A stretch of DNA of 32,000 nucleotides, from contig NZ_PGGB02000007.1 in the NCBI RefSeq assembly GCF_002803295.2, positions 57,414 to 89,413 on the forward strand, read 5' to 3'. Positions 19,591 to 27,727 of this stretch are shown here, piece after piece. The DNA comes from Caedibacter taeniospiralis (GTDB taxonomy: Bacteria > Pseudomonadota > Gammaproteobacteria > Francisellales > Francisellaceae). How positions within the stretch are numbered: position 1 is the stretch's first letter; each line of letters starts with the position of its first letter. Position numbers and translations under genes: made by a program. Under the pieces are notes generated by a model. The model had not been told where the DNA came from and made no database searches. It saw only the letters and a list, made by a program, of their open reading frames with translations.

Positions 19591-20439
19591 CTATTTAAGA
19601 AGCACTCGAATTTCTGTCAAAAGTTCTGTTTCAGCTACCTCATGATCAAAATTGTAATAACAGAATATGCAAGGTAGATCACCTAACTCTTCGCCTGACT
19701 GCGGCAACCAATCGCGATAGAGACCATAAATCGTATCTCCAATATTATCACGAGAACCTTTATGCGTAGTGACAGCATACCTCCCAGCAGGTAGCGTTTT
19801 TTCGATAACCTGATTATTCAATTTAAACTCTTGGGGGACGCTAAGCGCCAAATCAAAACGAAACTCTTCTGGTTTTACTTCTTTTGGGTCATGATAGCCA
19901 AAACCAAAAGCTTCTCCTGGTTTTGGTTTTAGGTTAATTGACTGTGCCTTTACCCACGTCATGAGCTTATCAAGCGTGTCGGATAATCTCACGGGATCTC
20001 CATGATGCTCCATCACAGCAACTCTTTTAGCTGGTAGTTTTTTAATCGTTATTGTCATAATTTTTTCACCTTTGATATGTAATGGCTGTGGCGGATTTTC
20101 AAATCTTTCCCAATTAGCCTTACACCTAAACTCGCTTGGGCTTTGCCCGCAAACTTGTTTAAAAGCACGACTAAATGCTTCATGGGACTCAAATCCAGCA
20201 TCTACAGCAATGTTAATAATTGTTGCCTCTTTATGCACAATCAATTGGTGGGCCGCGCGTTTAAGCCTTAGCCACTTGATATAGCCCATGAGAGGTAACC
20301 CTGTATAAACTGTAAACAACCGATGAAAGTGATATTTTGAGAAGCAAGCGATACGGCAAAGCTCATCCAGCTCAAGCTCTTCATCAAGATGCTTGCCTAT
20401 GAAATCAATCACTCTGTCGACTCGTTCTTTGTAACTCAT
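19591..20439 (-). CDS. AraC-family transcriptional regulator with a GyrI-like effector-binding domain
   Basis: The N-terminal HTH region is LDELCRIACFSKYHFHRLF...AVDAGFESHEAFSRAFKQVCGQSPSEFR. The C-terminal GyrI-like half has a Rob/SoxS-related architecture. Confidence 0.85.
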   Translation of the reverse strand: MSYKERVDRVIDFIGKHLDEELELDELCRIACFSKYHFHRLFTVYTGLPLMGYIKWLRLKRAAHQLIVHKEATIINIAVDAGFESHEAFSRAFKQVCGQSPSEFRCKANWERFENPPQPLHIKGEKIMTITIKKLPAKRVAVMEHHGDPVRLSDTLDKLMTWVKAQSINLKPKPGEAFGFGYHDPKEVKPEEFRFDLALSVPQEFKLNNQVIEKTLPAGRYAVTTHKGSRDNIGDTIYGLYRDWLPQSGEELGDLPCIFCYYNFDHEVAETELLTEIRVLLK

Positions 20440-20617
20440 AATATCCTGTACTTCAGTTGTAACCGTCTACATGGATAAAAATACGACGTTTATGTTTTTT
20501 ATGCTTGACCACCATTGCTAATCTTCATTCAGTTATACTGCCATATGTAAAAATGTAAGTAACCTCAGTTCGGAGTTACGGTTCATAAAACACTCAATCT
20601 TTTTTGCCCAACAATAG

Positions 20618-20708
20618 TAGTAGGGTGGATAAGCCGCAGGCGCATCCACGCGGAAAAGCAAACAGGTTAAGTATTGGTGGATGCGCCTGCGGCTTATCCA
20701 CCCTACTA
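20618..20708. repeat. REP/BIME-like element: 32-bp perfect inverted repeat with a 27-nt loop
   Basis: The arms are 20618-20649 (tagtagggtggataagccgcaggcgcatccac) and 20677-20708, which is the exact reverse complement. Each arm is itself a small hairpin (GTGGAT...ATCCAC). Confidence 0.9.
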
Positions 20709-20914
20709 AGTTTCTGCACGTAAGATGCGCTAATTCGAGCATTTTTAAGTGCCCACTAACTCAGCAACTCTTGAAAAGACGATGCTTTGGCAAGATTTTT
20801 ATGTCGAACTCACGTTAAGTAACTTGCGAAAAAAAGCATAAGCATCTTCGGATGGATTAGGATTGCTTAAATCGTAAACCTCCATGCAAAGACTGAAGAT
20901 AGGTATCTAAAGTT

Positions 20915-21397
20915 TTATCCATTCATAACCTCATCAATAATTCGTTTTTGTAAGCCAGCTTCAGGGCTATTCTTATATGTTATCTGACAAAGCTCAAATG
21001 TTGCTTTCCAAAGTGCCCAGGCACGTGCACGAAGCCATGTATCAGTATCCATATCCATTTCAGAAATAAAAATCTTACGTGCTTTACCGCTCAAATACGT
21101 CCAGGCAATTACTAAGTCACAGGCAGGATCGCCAACGGCAGCGCCGCCAAAGTCAATGACTGCTGATAGTTTTCCACCATCCATCAGTATATTGCCAATC
21201 GCAAAATCCCCATGAATCCATATGGGCGCCTTATTCCATCTCGTCGCATACGCCTGATCCCATAAAGCTAATGCTTTGCCTGCATCTATAATCTCAGCTA
21301 GCTCTGCGATCTGTTCTCGCGCTCCTTTATCGTAAACGCTGACATGATCACCGCGCCACCAGTTATGCTGACCAGGCTCAGATTTTTTGTCATTCAA
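20915..21397 (-). pseudogene. Aminoglycoside-phosphotransferase (APH) family kinase, C-terminal half only
   Basis: WWRGDHVSVYD...PIWIHGDFAIGNIL...SAVIDFGGAAVGDPACDLVIAWT...TWLRARAWALWKA carries the catalytic HGD..N and DFG motifs. The nucleotide-binding N-lobe is missing, and the ORF begins at a TTG. Confidence 0.75.
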
Positions 21398-21495
21398 TCA
21401 ATTTTTCCTTATGCTCATAAACACGACGAGATAAATTGCTTGTCACACCAAATATAAAGAGTACCATTTCTTTTAGAAGCCAGAATATATACCCA
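21390..21495 (-). pseudogene. GIY-YIG (UPF0213-type) nuclease remnant, frameshifted and truncated
   Basis: The minus strand reads WVYILASKRNGTLYI, then a 1-nt shift in a T-run, then GVTSNLSRRVYEHKEKLIE*. This is the N-terminal motif block of small GIY-YIG proteins, and the rest is absent. Confidence 0.6.
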
Positions 21496-21533
21496 ACAGC
21501 GTTTCATTTACTACCTTTTCCATATTGTTCTGG

Positions 21534-21553
21534 ATTCCCGCATGCGCGGGAAT
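21534..21553. repeat. Short palindromic unit ATTCCCGC-ATGC-GCGGGAAT
   Basis: 8-bp stem with a 4-nt loop. It translates to the ...VIPAHAGIQ... artefact peptide seen in ORF 21473..21664. Confidence 0.7.
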
Positions 21554-21660
21554 GACGATAAAGCGAGGCACGCCTTTGTTTCTCAACATCAACGATAGGC
21601 AAGTCGCTGAATTTATGAGTTTGCGCGCAAGATCAAGAGTTGGCATAATCGATTTGTCGT

Positions 21661-22128
21661 TCATAACTCTACCTCCATCACCGTCACAGGATGAGATTTA
21701 AATTCATCCATACCGATTTTCCTCCATCCAAGACGTTCGTAGTACTCTGGTATCGTGAGATCAAAAGCAAACAAGTACAGTTTTTCAAAGCCAAGCTCTT
21801 TTGCTTTCTGCACAGCCACATCAATCAGCATCCTGCCAATGCCTTGCTTTTGATGTTTTGGATCGAGGACAAGTGAACCGAGCCAAGGAGTAAGATCTGA
21901 ACGAATGCCATCATTTTCACGCAAAGAGCACATGCCAACCGGTAAATCGCCACCTAATGCAATAAAAGTGATTGGTAAAGCTTGATCATTCAAGTGATCT
22001 GCAAACCTTGTGATAACACGTTCAACGGGTACCTCAGGAACCCAGATTTTACCCAATACTTCATGCCAAATATGAGTGAGTGCTGGGATAGCGTCTGTAT
22101 GCTTTTTAATCATGTCAATTTTGATCAT
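21661..22128 (-). CDS. GNAT-family N-acetyltransferase (155 aa)
   Basis: The acetyl-CoA binding motif is LVLDPKHQKQGIGRMLIDVAVQKAKELGFEKLYL. ATG at 22126-22128 has GAAGGT upstream. Confidence 0.85.
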   Translation of the reverse strand: MIKIDMIKKHTDAIPALTHIWHEVLGKIWVPEVPVERVITRFADHLNDQALPITFIALGGDLPVGMCSLRENDGIRSDLTPWLGSLVLDPKHQKQGIGRMLIDVAVQKAKELGFEKLYLFAFDLTIPEYYERLGWRKIGMDEFKSHPVTVMEVEL

Positions 22129-22193
22129 AATTTACCTTCGATAGTTTTTATGGCTTCAGGTGGGGACTCTTGTAATCATAGTGATCCGTTCCA

Positions 22194-22478
22194 TTATTCC
22201 TCTTTCAACTGCCTTAAATATTCTTTTGTCGCTTTACGACTGGGGTAAAGCGTTTTTAGAAAAAACACATCCTCTGTGTCTTTAACATACGGAACACAAT
22301 AAACGGTACCCAAACACAAAATACGCATAACGCGCTGATGTGGATATCGTGTTTGATTAGTGTGCATAACAATATCAATGATGTTACCTTTTTCAATTTC
22401 AGTAATCATCTCGGCAAATCCAATCCCTCTTTGTTCAAGCAACCACGAATTTTTTTCCTCGCTATACTTAAATTTCAT
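22194..22478 (-). CDS. BrnT/DUF497-like type II toxin
   Basis: KFKYSEEKNSWLLEQRGIGFAEM resembles the BrnT N-terminus (F.WDE.KN..N..KHG..FEEA). The C-terminal segment is LKTLYPSRKATKEY. The gene lies 4 nt downstream of its partner. Confidence 0.6.
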   Translation of the reverse strand: MKFKYSEEKNSWLLEQRGIGFAEMITEIEKGNIIDIVMHTNQTRYPHQRVMRILCLGTVYCVPYVKDTEDVFFLKTLYPSRKATKEYLRQLKEE

Positions 22479-22482
22479 CAGA

Positions 22483-22746
22483 TTACCATCCCGTGATCGC
22501 GTCTTTATGAAGCACCATGTTGATATAAGTTTGATACGGTATACCTAGCTTAGAAGCTTTAATTTGCATTGCTTCCAAATCGGCTTCATGAATTCTAATG
22601 GTCACCAATTTTTTAGTTTTCATATAACGTTTGGCAGCTTTTTTCAACAACGTTATCTCAGCTTCCATATCTGGAATTGGCTGCATAGATTCAAGATTAT
22701 TTTCAATCTCTTGCTCAAATTCATCGAGCGAAACTTTTTTTCTCAT
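22483..22746 (-). CDS. BrnA/CopG-like antitoxin
   Basis: ATG at 22744-22746 has a perfect AGGAGG upstream. The C-terminal VTIRIHEADLEAMQIKASKLGIPYQTYINMVLHK carries the ...PYQ(S/T).I... motif of this antitoxin family. Confidence 0.6.
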   Translation of the reverse strand: MRKKVSLDEFEQEIENNLESMQPIPDMEAEITLLKKAAKRYMKTKKLVTIRIHEADLEAMQIKASKLGIPYQTYINMVLHKDAITGW

Positions 22747-22917
22747 AAAACCTCCTATGATCATTTGAGAAGATAAAAAAGGAATAAGGAGGTTGTATTA
22801 TATTAGGAATACTTTGTCAATACAGAATCAAATAATTGTAGAGAGTAAATAAACTGCCCTAAGTAAGAACACATGAATTGTCCTGTCTAAACTAGTTCAT
22901 AAACCAACCTCATCACC

Positions 22918-24063
22918 CTATATAGAATTAGCTTTTAATTTATCCATTTTGACTGTGCCTGTTTTATAAAACCGATATTCAACTTCGTCCAAGATCTGAC
23001 CAGATTCGCTTTTCTTAATATATTCAGCCTCTACTTTCCCTCCCAATTTTTCTGCAAGCGCTCTGCTGGCAAAATTATTTTTTTCAACGGGGTATTTTAA
23101 GTAATTAAATGATAGATTTTCCTCTGCCCAATCTTTTAATAATGACAATGCTTCAAATCCATAACCTTGACCGTGAGCTTCTTCTTTAAGCCAAATCCCC
23201 ATTTCTGGAGTGGCTGTATTTAACGCATGGATTGCAATGTAGCCTACAAACTCTTGCGACTCTTTTTTCAAAACAAGCAATGCTAATTCCTCTCCCTTAG
23301 ACATCGCTTGTTGCTGCTCTAAAATATGTTGATTAATTTGCGCCTGCGTTTTAGGAGCGCTTGACCACATCCACCTTGTGATTTTGGCTGTAAAATTTTT
23401 ACAGATATCTTCGGCATATTCCATGCTCAGGGTTTCTAGCAACAATTTTTCTCCTGTTAGCTGTACTCCATTGAGATCACCTATCGCAAGGATGATTGGT
23501 TCAATTTTTTTGATGAGTAAGTGATGTAATTTGCCACTCCCGCTACAATCTCCATCCATCACAAAGTCAGCAATATACTCAAAACCTGCTTTCATGTAAA
23601 CGTGCCTTGCTCTTGGGTTATCGGCTGCTGGGTCTATGATGAATGTATCTGCGGATACGTCGAATTCTCTTCTGAAGAAATCAAGAAACTCTGATAACGT
23701 TTTGGCACCATAGCCTCTGCCAAAATAGTGTTTATCCCCGATCATGTAATCGATACCATGCGTATTACCAGTTTTTGAAAGGTGGTTTAATTTGATGCCA
23801 CCCTCATGATCTTCTGCTGTTTCTTGGATCGTCATTAGCATGGCAAACGGATGAGCATTACAGCTTGCTATCCAGTAAACATATTTGCCATCACAATAAT
23901 TTGAAGGTTCTCTTCGACCATTAACAAAACTTAAAATATCGTCTTTATGACCTTGTGTATTATCCCAAAATTCCTGAATAAAAGGTTCAGAAAGCCAGTC
24001 AAATATAATGTCAACGTGACTTACGCTGGCTTTTTCAAAATGGATTTCAGGCAGTTTACTCAT
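22918..24063 (-). CDS. Two-domain acetyltransferase: AAC(6')-Ib-like GNAT plus RimJ/RimL-like GNAT
   Basis: The N-domain (FDWLSEPFIQEFWD...GIDYMIGDKHYFGRGYGAKT...IIDPAADNPRARHVYMKAGFE) follows the AAC(6')-Ib / Acetyltransf_8 pattern. The C-domain is ...IWLKEEAHGQGYGFEALSLL...NNFASRALAEKLGG. The ATG at 24061-24063 overlaps the upstream stop by 8 nt. Confidence 0.8.
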   Translation of the reverse strand: MSKLPEIHFEKASVSHVDIIFDWLSEPFIQEFWDNTQGHKDDILSFVNGRREPSNYCDGKYVYWIASCNAHPFAMLMTIQETAEDHEGGIKLNHLSKTGNTHGIDYMIGDKHYFGRGYGAKTLSEFLDFFRREFDVSADTFIIDPAADNPRARHVYMKAGFEYIADFVMDGDCSGSGKLHHLLIKKIEPIILAIGDLNGVQLTGEKLLLETLSMEYAEDICKNFTAKITRWMWSSAPKTQAQINQHILEQQQAMSKGEELALLVLKKESQEFVGYIAIHALNTATPEMGIWLKEEAHGQGYGFEALSLLKDWAEENLSFNYLKYPVEKNNFASRALAEKLGGKVEAEYIKKSESGQILDEVEYRFYKTGTVKMDKLKANSI

Positions 24064-25093
24064 CCTCACCACCCAAGTCTTTTGCAAGCTCAGCTTCAAG
24101 TTCTTCGATTGTTGGTAATGCGGTTTTGAGATTTTCTGGTAGTGCATCTTCAAGCCTATATTCAGCAAGACCTATTGGTTTTGTCATGTCACGCAAGGCA
24201 TATTCTGCAAGAACATTATTTTTACTTTTACACAGAATCAGCCCTATAGAGGGTTGATCTGTTTCGTGCTTTACAAGATCATCAACAGCGGAAAGATAGA
24301 AATTCATTTTGCCTGCATATTCTGGCTTGAACTTCCCAGATTTTAGCTCGATCACCACAAAACAGCGTAGCTTGATGTGGTAAAACAGGAGGTCAATGTA
24401 AAAATCTTGATCTTCAATTTGAAGGTGGTATTGCCTGCCTAAAAACGCAAAACCTTCACCAAGCTCAAGGAGGAATTTCTCAATATGGGCTACTAATCCT
24501 TTTTCTACCTCACGTTCGTGGGCATTTTTTCCAAGGCTCAAGAAATCAAAGAGATATGGATTTTTTAAGGTGGCTTGTGCTAAATCAGACTGCCGCATAG
24601 GCAATTTATCTTGAAAATTTGTCACCGCATTGCCTTGGCGTTTAAATAAGTTTGTTTCAATTTGCATTGATAGCACATTGCGAGACCACCCATTTTGCAG
24701 AGTGCCTTTAATATAAAAATGTCGCTCGGTTTTGCCTGATATAGCGTATATCAAGGTTACAATATGACCCCAAGGTATTTGGTCAACAGCCTGTTGACCA
24801 ATTTCCTCTGCCTTATATTCCTCGGCGAATTTGCGCATATATTTCAGATTTTGGGGGCTAAAGCCTTTCATATCAGGAAACTCAGAGCGTAAATCTCTTG
24901 ATAATTGCTCAATGACCTTGGTTCCCCAGCCTTGCCTGCCTTGGGCTTCAAGTATTTGCGTGCCTATGTGATGATAAAGCAGAATAAGCTCTTTATTGAC
25001 GCTAAGCGCCGCTTTATATCTTGACGCTGCAACACGATTTTTTAGATCGGCAAGAAACGTATTGTATTCTTGGGTGGTAATGTTTTTAGTCAC
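24056..25093 (-). CDS. DUF1016 / YhcG-family PD-(D/E)XK nuclease domain protein
   Basis: LLYHHIGTQI...GFSPQNLKYMRKFAE...YIDLLFYHIKLRCFVVIELKSGKF...GKMNFYLS is characteristic of YhcG. The GTG at 25091-25093 overlaps the upstream TGA (GTGA). The TTG alternative at 25162 would overlap the upstream gene by 73 nt. Confidence 0.8.
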   Translation of the reverse strand: MTKNITTQEYNTFLADLKNRVAASRYKAALSVNKELILLYHHIGTQILEAQGRQGWGTKVIEQLSRDLRSEFPDMKGFSPQNLKYMRKFAEEYKAEEIGQQAVDQIPWGHIVTLIYAISGKTERHFYIKGTLQNGWSRNVLSMQIETNLFKRQGNAVTNFQDKLPMRQSDLAQATLKNPYLFDFLSLGKNAHEREVEKGLVAHIEKFLLELGEGFAFLGRQYHLQIEDQDFYIDLLFYHIKLRCFVVIELKSGKFKPEYAGKMNFYLSAVDDLVKHETDQPSIGLILCKSKNNVLAEYALRDMTKPIGLAEYRLEDALPENLKTALPTIEELEAELAKDLGGEDE

Positions 25094-25944
25094 TCCTTGT
25101 CTCCATCGATTACAGTGCCTTGGTGATAGAGAATTTTCCAAGCACCATTTACTCTTCGCCAAATCGTTGATCTTCTGGTCATTCTTGTTTTGTTTTGAAT
25201 AAGAACGTAGGTGAGCAAATAATTATCTGCGGCAATTTGGGTGAGGGTAAAGTCTTTTGCTTCCCAAATATCTTGATACTCTCGTTCACTATAACGCTTA
25301 AGCAGAGTATCTATGACATCTTTTTTGGTGTAGACATTACCTGATGCACCAACCTCCCAAAATTCATCACACATTTGAGCTTCAATATCTTGTTTTGTCT
25401 TCCCAAGTTTTTCAGGATGATGAAAAATCGGTTCTCTTGATTTGAGTTCTTCCAATACCGCCCCATGATGAGAAGTAAACTCTTCATCAAAAAACTTTTG
25501 AAACGTTACTCCATTAAGATCAGACTCATAAAACTGAGGCATAATGTAGGCTTCAGTAAAACCGACTGAGGTGTAAAATTTTCTGCCCTCAACATTATCA
25601 ACAGGGGTGTCAACGTAAATGCCCCGTTGTTGCCTGTTTTTAGAAGAAAGCTTCACTTGCTCAACAAGGTTTTTAGCAATCCCTAGTCTTCTGGAATCAG
25701 GACGCACAACAAGACCCTGTAATTGTGTCAACGTATTCCAAGTATGATGTTCAGCCTGAATAAAGCCAACGACAACTTGTTCGTGAATGGCGACAAACAC
25801 TTCTCCTGTTTGACTGCGAAAAAGCTTTTGCATCCCTATTAATTGCCCCTGCACATACTGATCAGCCCAGCCGATGATTTTCAGAAGGTTCTCAACAGAG
25901 ATGGCGTCTTTTTCTTCAAAAGACCTGATGACAACACCTTTCAT
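25090..25944 (-). CDS. GNAT acetyltransferase fused to an NTF2-like (DUF4440-type) domain
   Basis: The GNAT part is LQGLVVRPDSRRLGIAKNLVEQV. The C-terminal FWEVGASGNVYTKKDV...YLLTYVLIQN...RRSTIWRRVNGAWKILYHQGT is typical of DUF4440. The ATG at 25942-25944 overlaps the upstream TGA (ATGA). Confidence 0.8.
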   Translation of the reverse strand: MKGVVIRSFEEKDAISVENLLKIIGWADQYVQGQLIGMQKLFRSQTGEVFVAIHEQVVVGFIQAEHHTWNTLTQLQGLVVRPDSRRLGIAKNLVEQVKLSSKNRQQRGIYVDTPVDNVEGRKFYTSVGFTEAYIMPQFYESDLNGVTFQKFFDEEFTSHHGAVLEELKSREPIFHHPEKLGKTKQDIEAQMCDEFWEVGASGNVYTKKDVIDTLLKRYSEREYQDIWEAKDFTLTQIAADNYLLTYVLIQNKTRMTRRSTIWRRVNGAWKILYHQGTVIDGDKE

Positions 25945-26876
25945 ATCGCCTTCCTCATCAAATAGCAGGTCAGATCGTATTTCCAATTTGGAATAACAGC
26001 CACTTCTTCAAACCCACATTTTTTGAAAAACTGACAGGCTTTGGGGAAATAAGTGTTTAGCTGAATTTCACGAAGATTATGCGCTTTACCGAGCTCTAAT
26101 AATTTGATTATGAGCTCTCTACCCAGCCCTTTGTTTTGCAATCTTTCTTCAACATAAATAGAATCGAGCCATAATATTTTTCCATGAATATAAGCGATAG
26201 CACCTGCGACGATTTTGTCATCTTGTTTGGTGTAAATATTATGTTTTTTAAAATCTTCTTCGATACTGGTTAAATCTTTGCATGTGTTTATCAAAGCTTT
26301 AGATGATTTTTCATCAAAAATTTGGTTTGGATCGTATGTAAAATAAAGAGGAAGTAATTGCTTAATCATCCAAGTGGTAGATTGTGTTTTAAATTGCTCA
26401 AATACTTCAAACCCCGCCTTTGTAAAGGCTTTAATTGCGCTTAGGTTATCTGTCGCTGGATCAATAAGACACCAATCAAAATGGGAGGTTAATACCTGTC
26501 TCCCAAATTCATTTAAAATTTTCGCTCCCCATCCTTTGTGTAGGAATGGTGACTCTCCAATGAATAAATCTATGCCGCATATAGATCCAGAAATAGCGCT
26601 TAAGTCTACGTTATTTTCTTGAGCGAAATCACGGGCATTATAAGACTGTATGTAACCTATCATTTCTTCGCCTGAGCACATGATATAAGCGTATGTTTTG
26701 TGATCTGAACTTTTTAAAAGAGGTTTACTGTGGATGTGTTTCCCAAATTTTTCTTTCACCAAATCTATCGTATACCTCACATCCTGATCCCACCATTTTT
26801 TGACGTGAGGCGTCTCTAGCCACTTTAGAAGTAGTGGAAAATGTGATTCAGCTAAGGGAGTAAAAGTAATTTTCAT
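25941..26876 (-). CDS. Two-domain acetyltransferase: AAC(6')-Ib-like GNAT plus a second GNAT
   Basis: LLLKWLETPHVKKWWDQD...IGYIQSYNA...GIDLFIGESPFLHKGWGAKI...LIDPATDNLSAIKAFTKAGFE follows the AAC(6')-Ib pattern. The C-domain is LDSIYVEERLQNKGLGRELIIKLLELG. Confidence 0.8.
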   Translation of the reverse strand: MKITFTPLAESHFPLLLKWLETPHVKKWWDQDVRYTIDLVKEKFGKHIHSKPLLKSSDHKTYAYIMCSGEEMIGYIQSYNARDFAQENNVDLSAISGSICGIDLFIGESPFLHKGWGAKILNEFGRQVLTSHFDWCLIDPATDNLSAIKAFTKAGFEVFEQFKTQSTTWMIKQLLPLYFTYDPNQIFDEKSSKALINTCKDLTSIEEDFKKHNIYTKQDDKIVAGAIAYIHGKILWLDSIYVEERLQNKGLGRELIIKLLELGKAHNLREIQLNTYFPKACQFFKKCGFEEVAVIPNWKYDLTCYLMRKAI

Positions 26877-26954
26877 AGCATATCAATCTCTATAATGCTT
26901 GGTTTCAGCAAAGTCCTCGACAAAAGTGTGACCGCACAGCATACTCTACACGCT

Positions 26955-27659
26955 TCAGATGCTTCCACCACCATCAATGAATAAAGTCTGACCCGTAATA
27001 AATCCAGATTTTTCATTAAGGAAAAACTCAATGGCATAGGCAATTTCATCTGGTTCCCCAACACGACCAAGCGGAATCCCAGACATCACATGCTTTTCTC
27101 GTTCACCTCCCTTAGGATGGTTTGTGAAAAATTGATCAGTATTGATAGGACCAGGCGCAATTGCATTAACGGTAATCCCGTCTTTGGCCAATTCTAGAGC
27201 TAAAGTACGAGTCAATCCTATTACACCCGCTTTTGCTGTAGTATAACTAGAACAGCCAACTTTCCCCAATGCCGCTCGGCTAGCGATATTGAGAACGCGT
27301 CCCCAGCGCCTTTCTTTCATTCCTGGGGTGAATATCTTTGCTGCTTGTATAACAGGTCGTAAATTAATATCAAGTACAGAATAGAAATCAGTAAGCTCAA
27401 GTTCCTCCAGCAGTTGTGGTTTTGCAAATCCAACGTTATTAATAACCCCGTTGATACAGTGGTTGTGGAGAATTTTGTTAAAAATTAGGTCTGTCTCTTC
27501 AGCATTGCCTAAATCTGCTAAATAAAGTTCTCCAGGAAAGACACCATGAAATTTGTTTCTGGCAACCCCTACAACGTTATAACCAATACGATGAAGGTGG
27601 ATAGCTGTCGCCAGCCCAATTCCTTTGGTGCTCCCTGTGATTAGAATGGTTTTTTCCAT
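26955..27659 (-). CDS. Short-chain dehydrogenase/reductase (FabG-like)
   Basis: The motifs present are ITGSTKGIGLA (TGxxxGIG), NNVG, and the catalytic S...YxxxK (YTTAKAG). Confidence 0.9.
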   Translation of the reverse strand: MEKTILITGSTKGIGLATAIHLHRIGYNVVGVARNKFHGVFPGELYLADLGNAEETDLIFNKILHNHCINGVINNVGFAKPQLLEELELTDFYSVLDINLRPVIQAAKIFTPGMKERRWGRVLNIASRAALGKVGCSSYTTAKAGVIGLTRTLALELAKDGITVNAIAPGPINTDQFFTNHPKGGEREKHVMSGIPLGRVGEPDEIAYAIEFFLNEKSGFITGQTLFIDGGGSI

Positions 27660-27727
27660 TTTTTCATTTTCCTCTCTTATGTGCAGAAAGTTTAGTCATT
27701 AAAGTAATGCCATTAATATCTTAAATC

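Noticed and set aside
20533-20742. 69-aa ORF across the REP-like inverted repeat
   Set aside because: It is a translation of the palindromic repeat (..VDAPAAYPPY..), not a gene.
21473-21664. 63-aa ORF upstream of the APH fragment as a real gene
   Set aside because: It is a chimera of a probable APH N-terminal remnant, the palindrome-derived VIPAHAGIQ peptide, and out-of-frame GIY-YIG sequence.
22797-22820. Perfect TTGACA and TATAAT hexamers (minus strand) upstream of the antitoxin gene
   Set aside because: The spacer is only 12 nt, so this pair cannot be a canonical sigma70 promoter. The TATAAT may still act as a -10 element with another -35.
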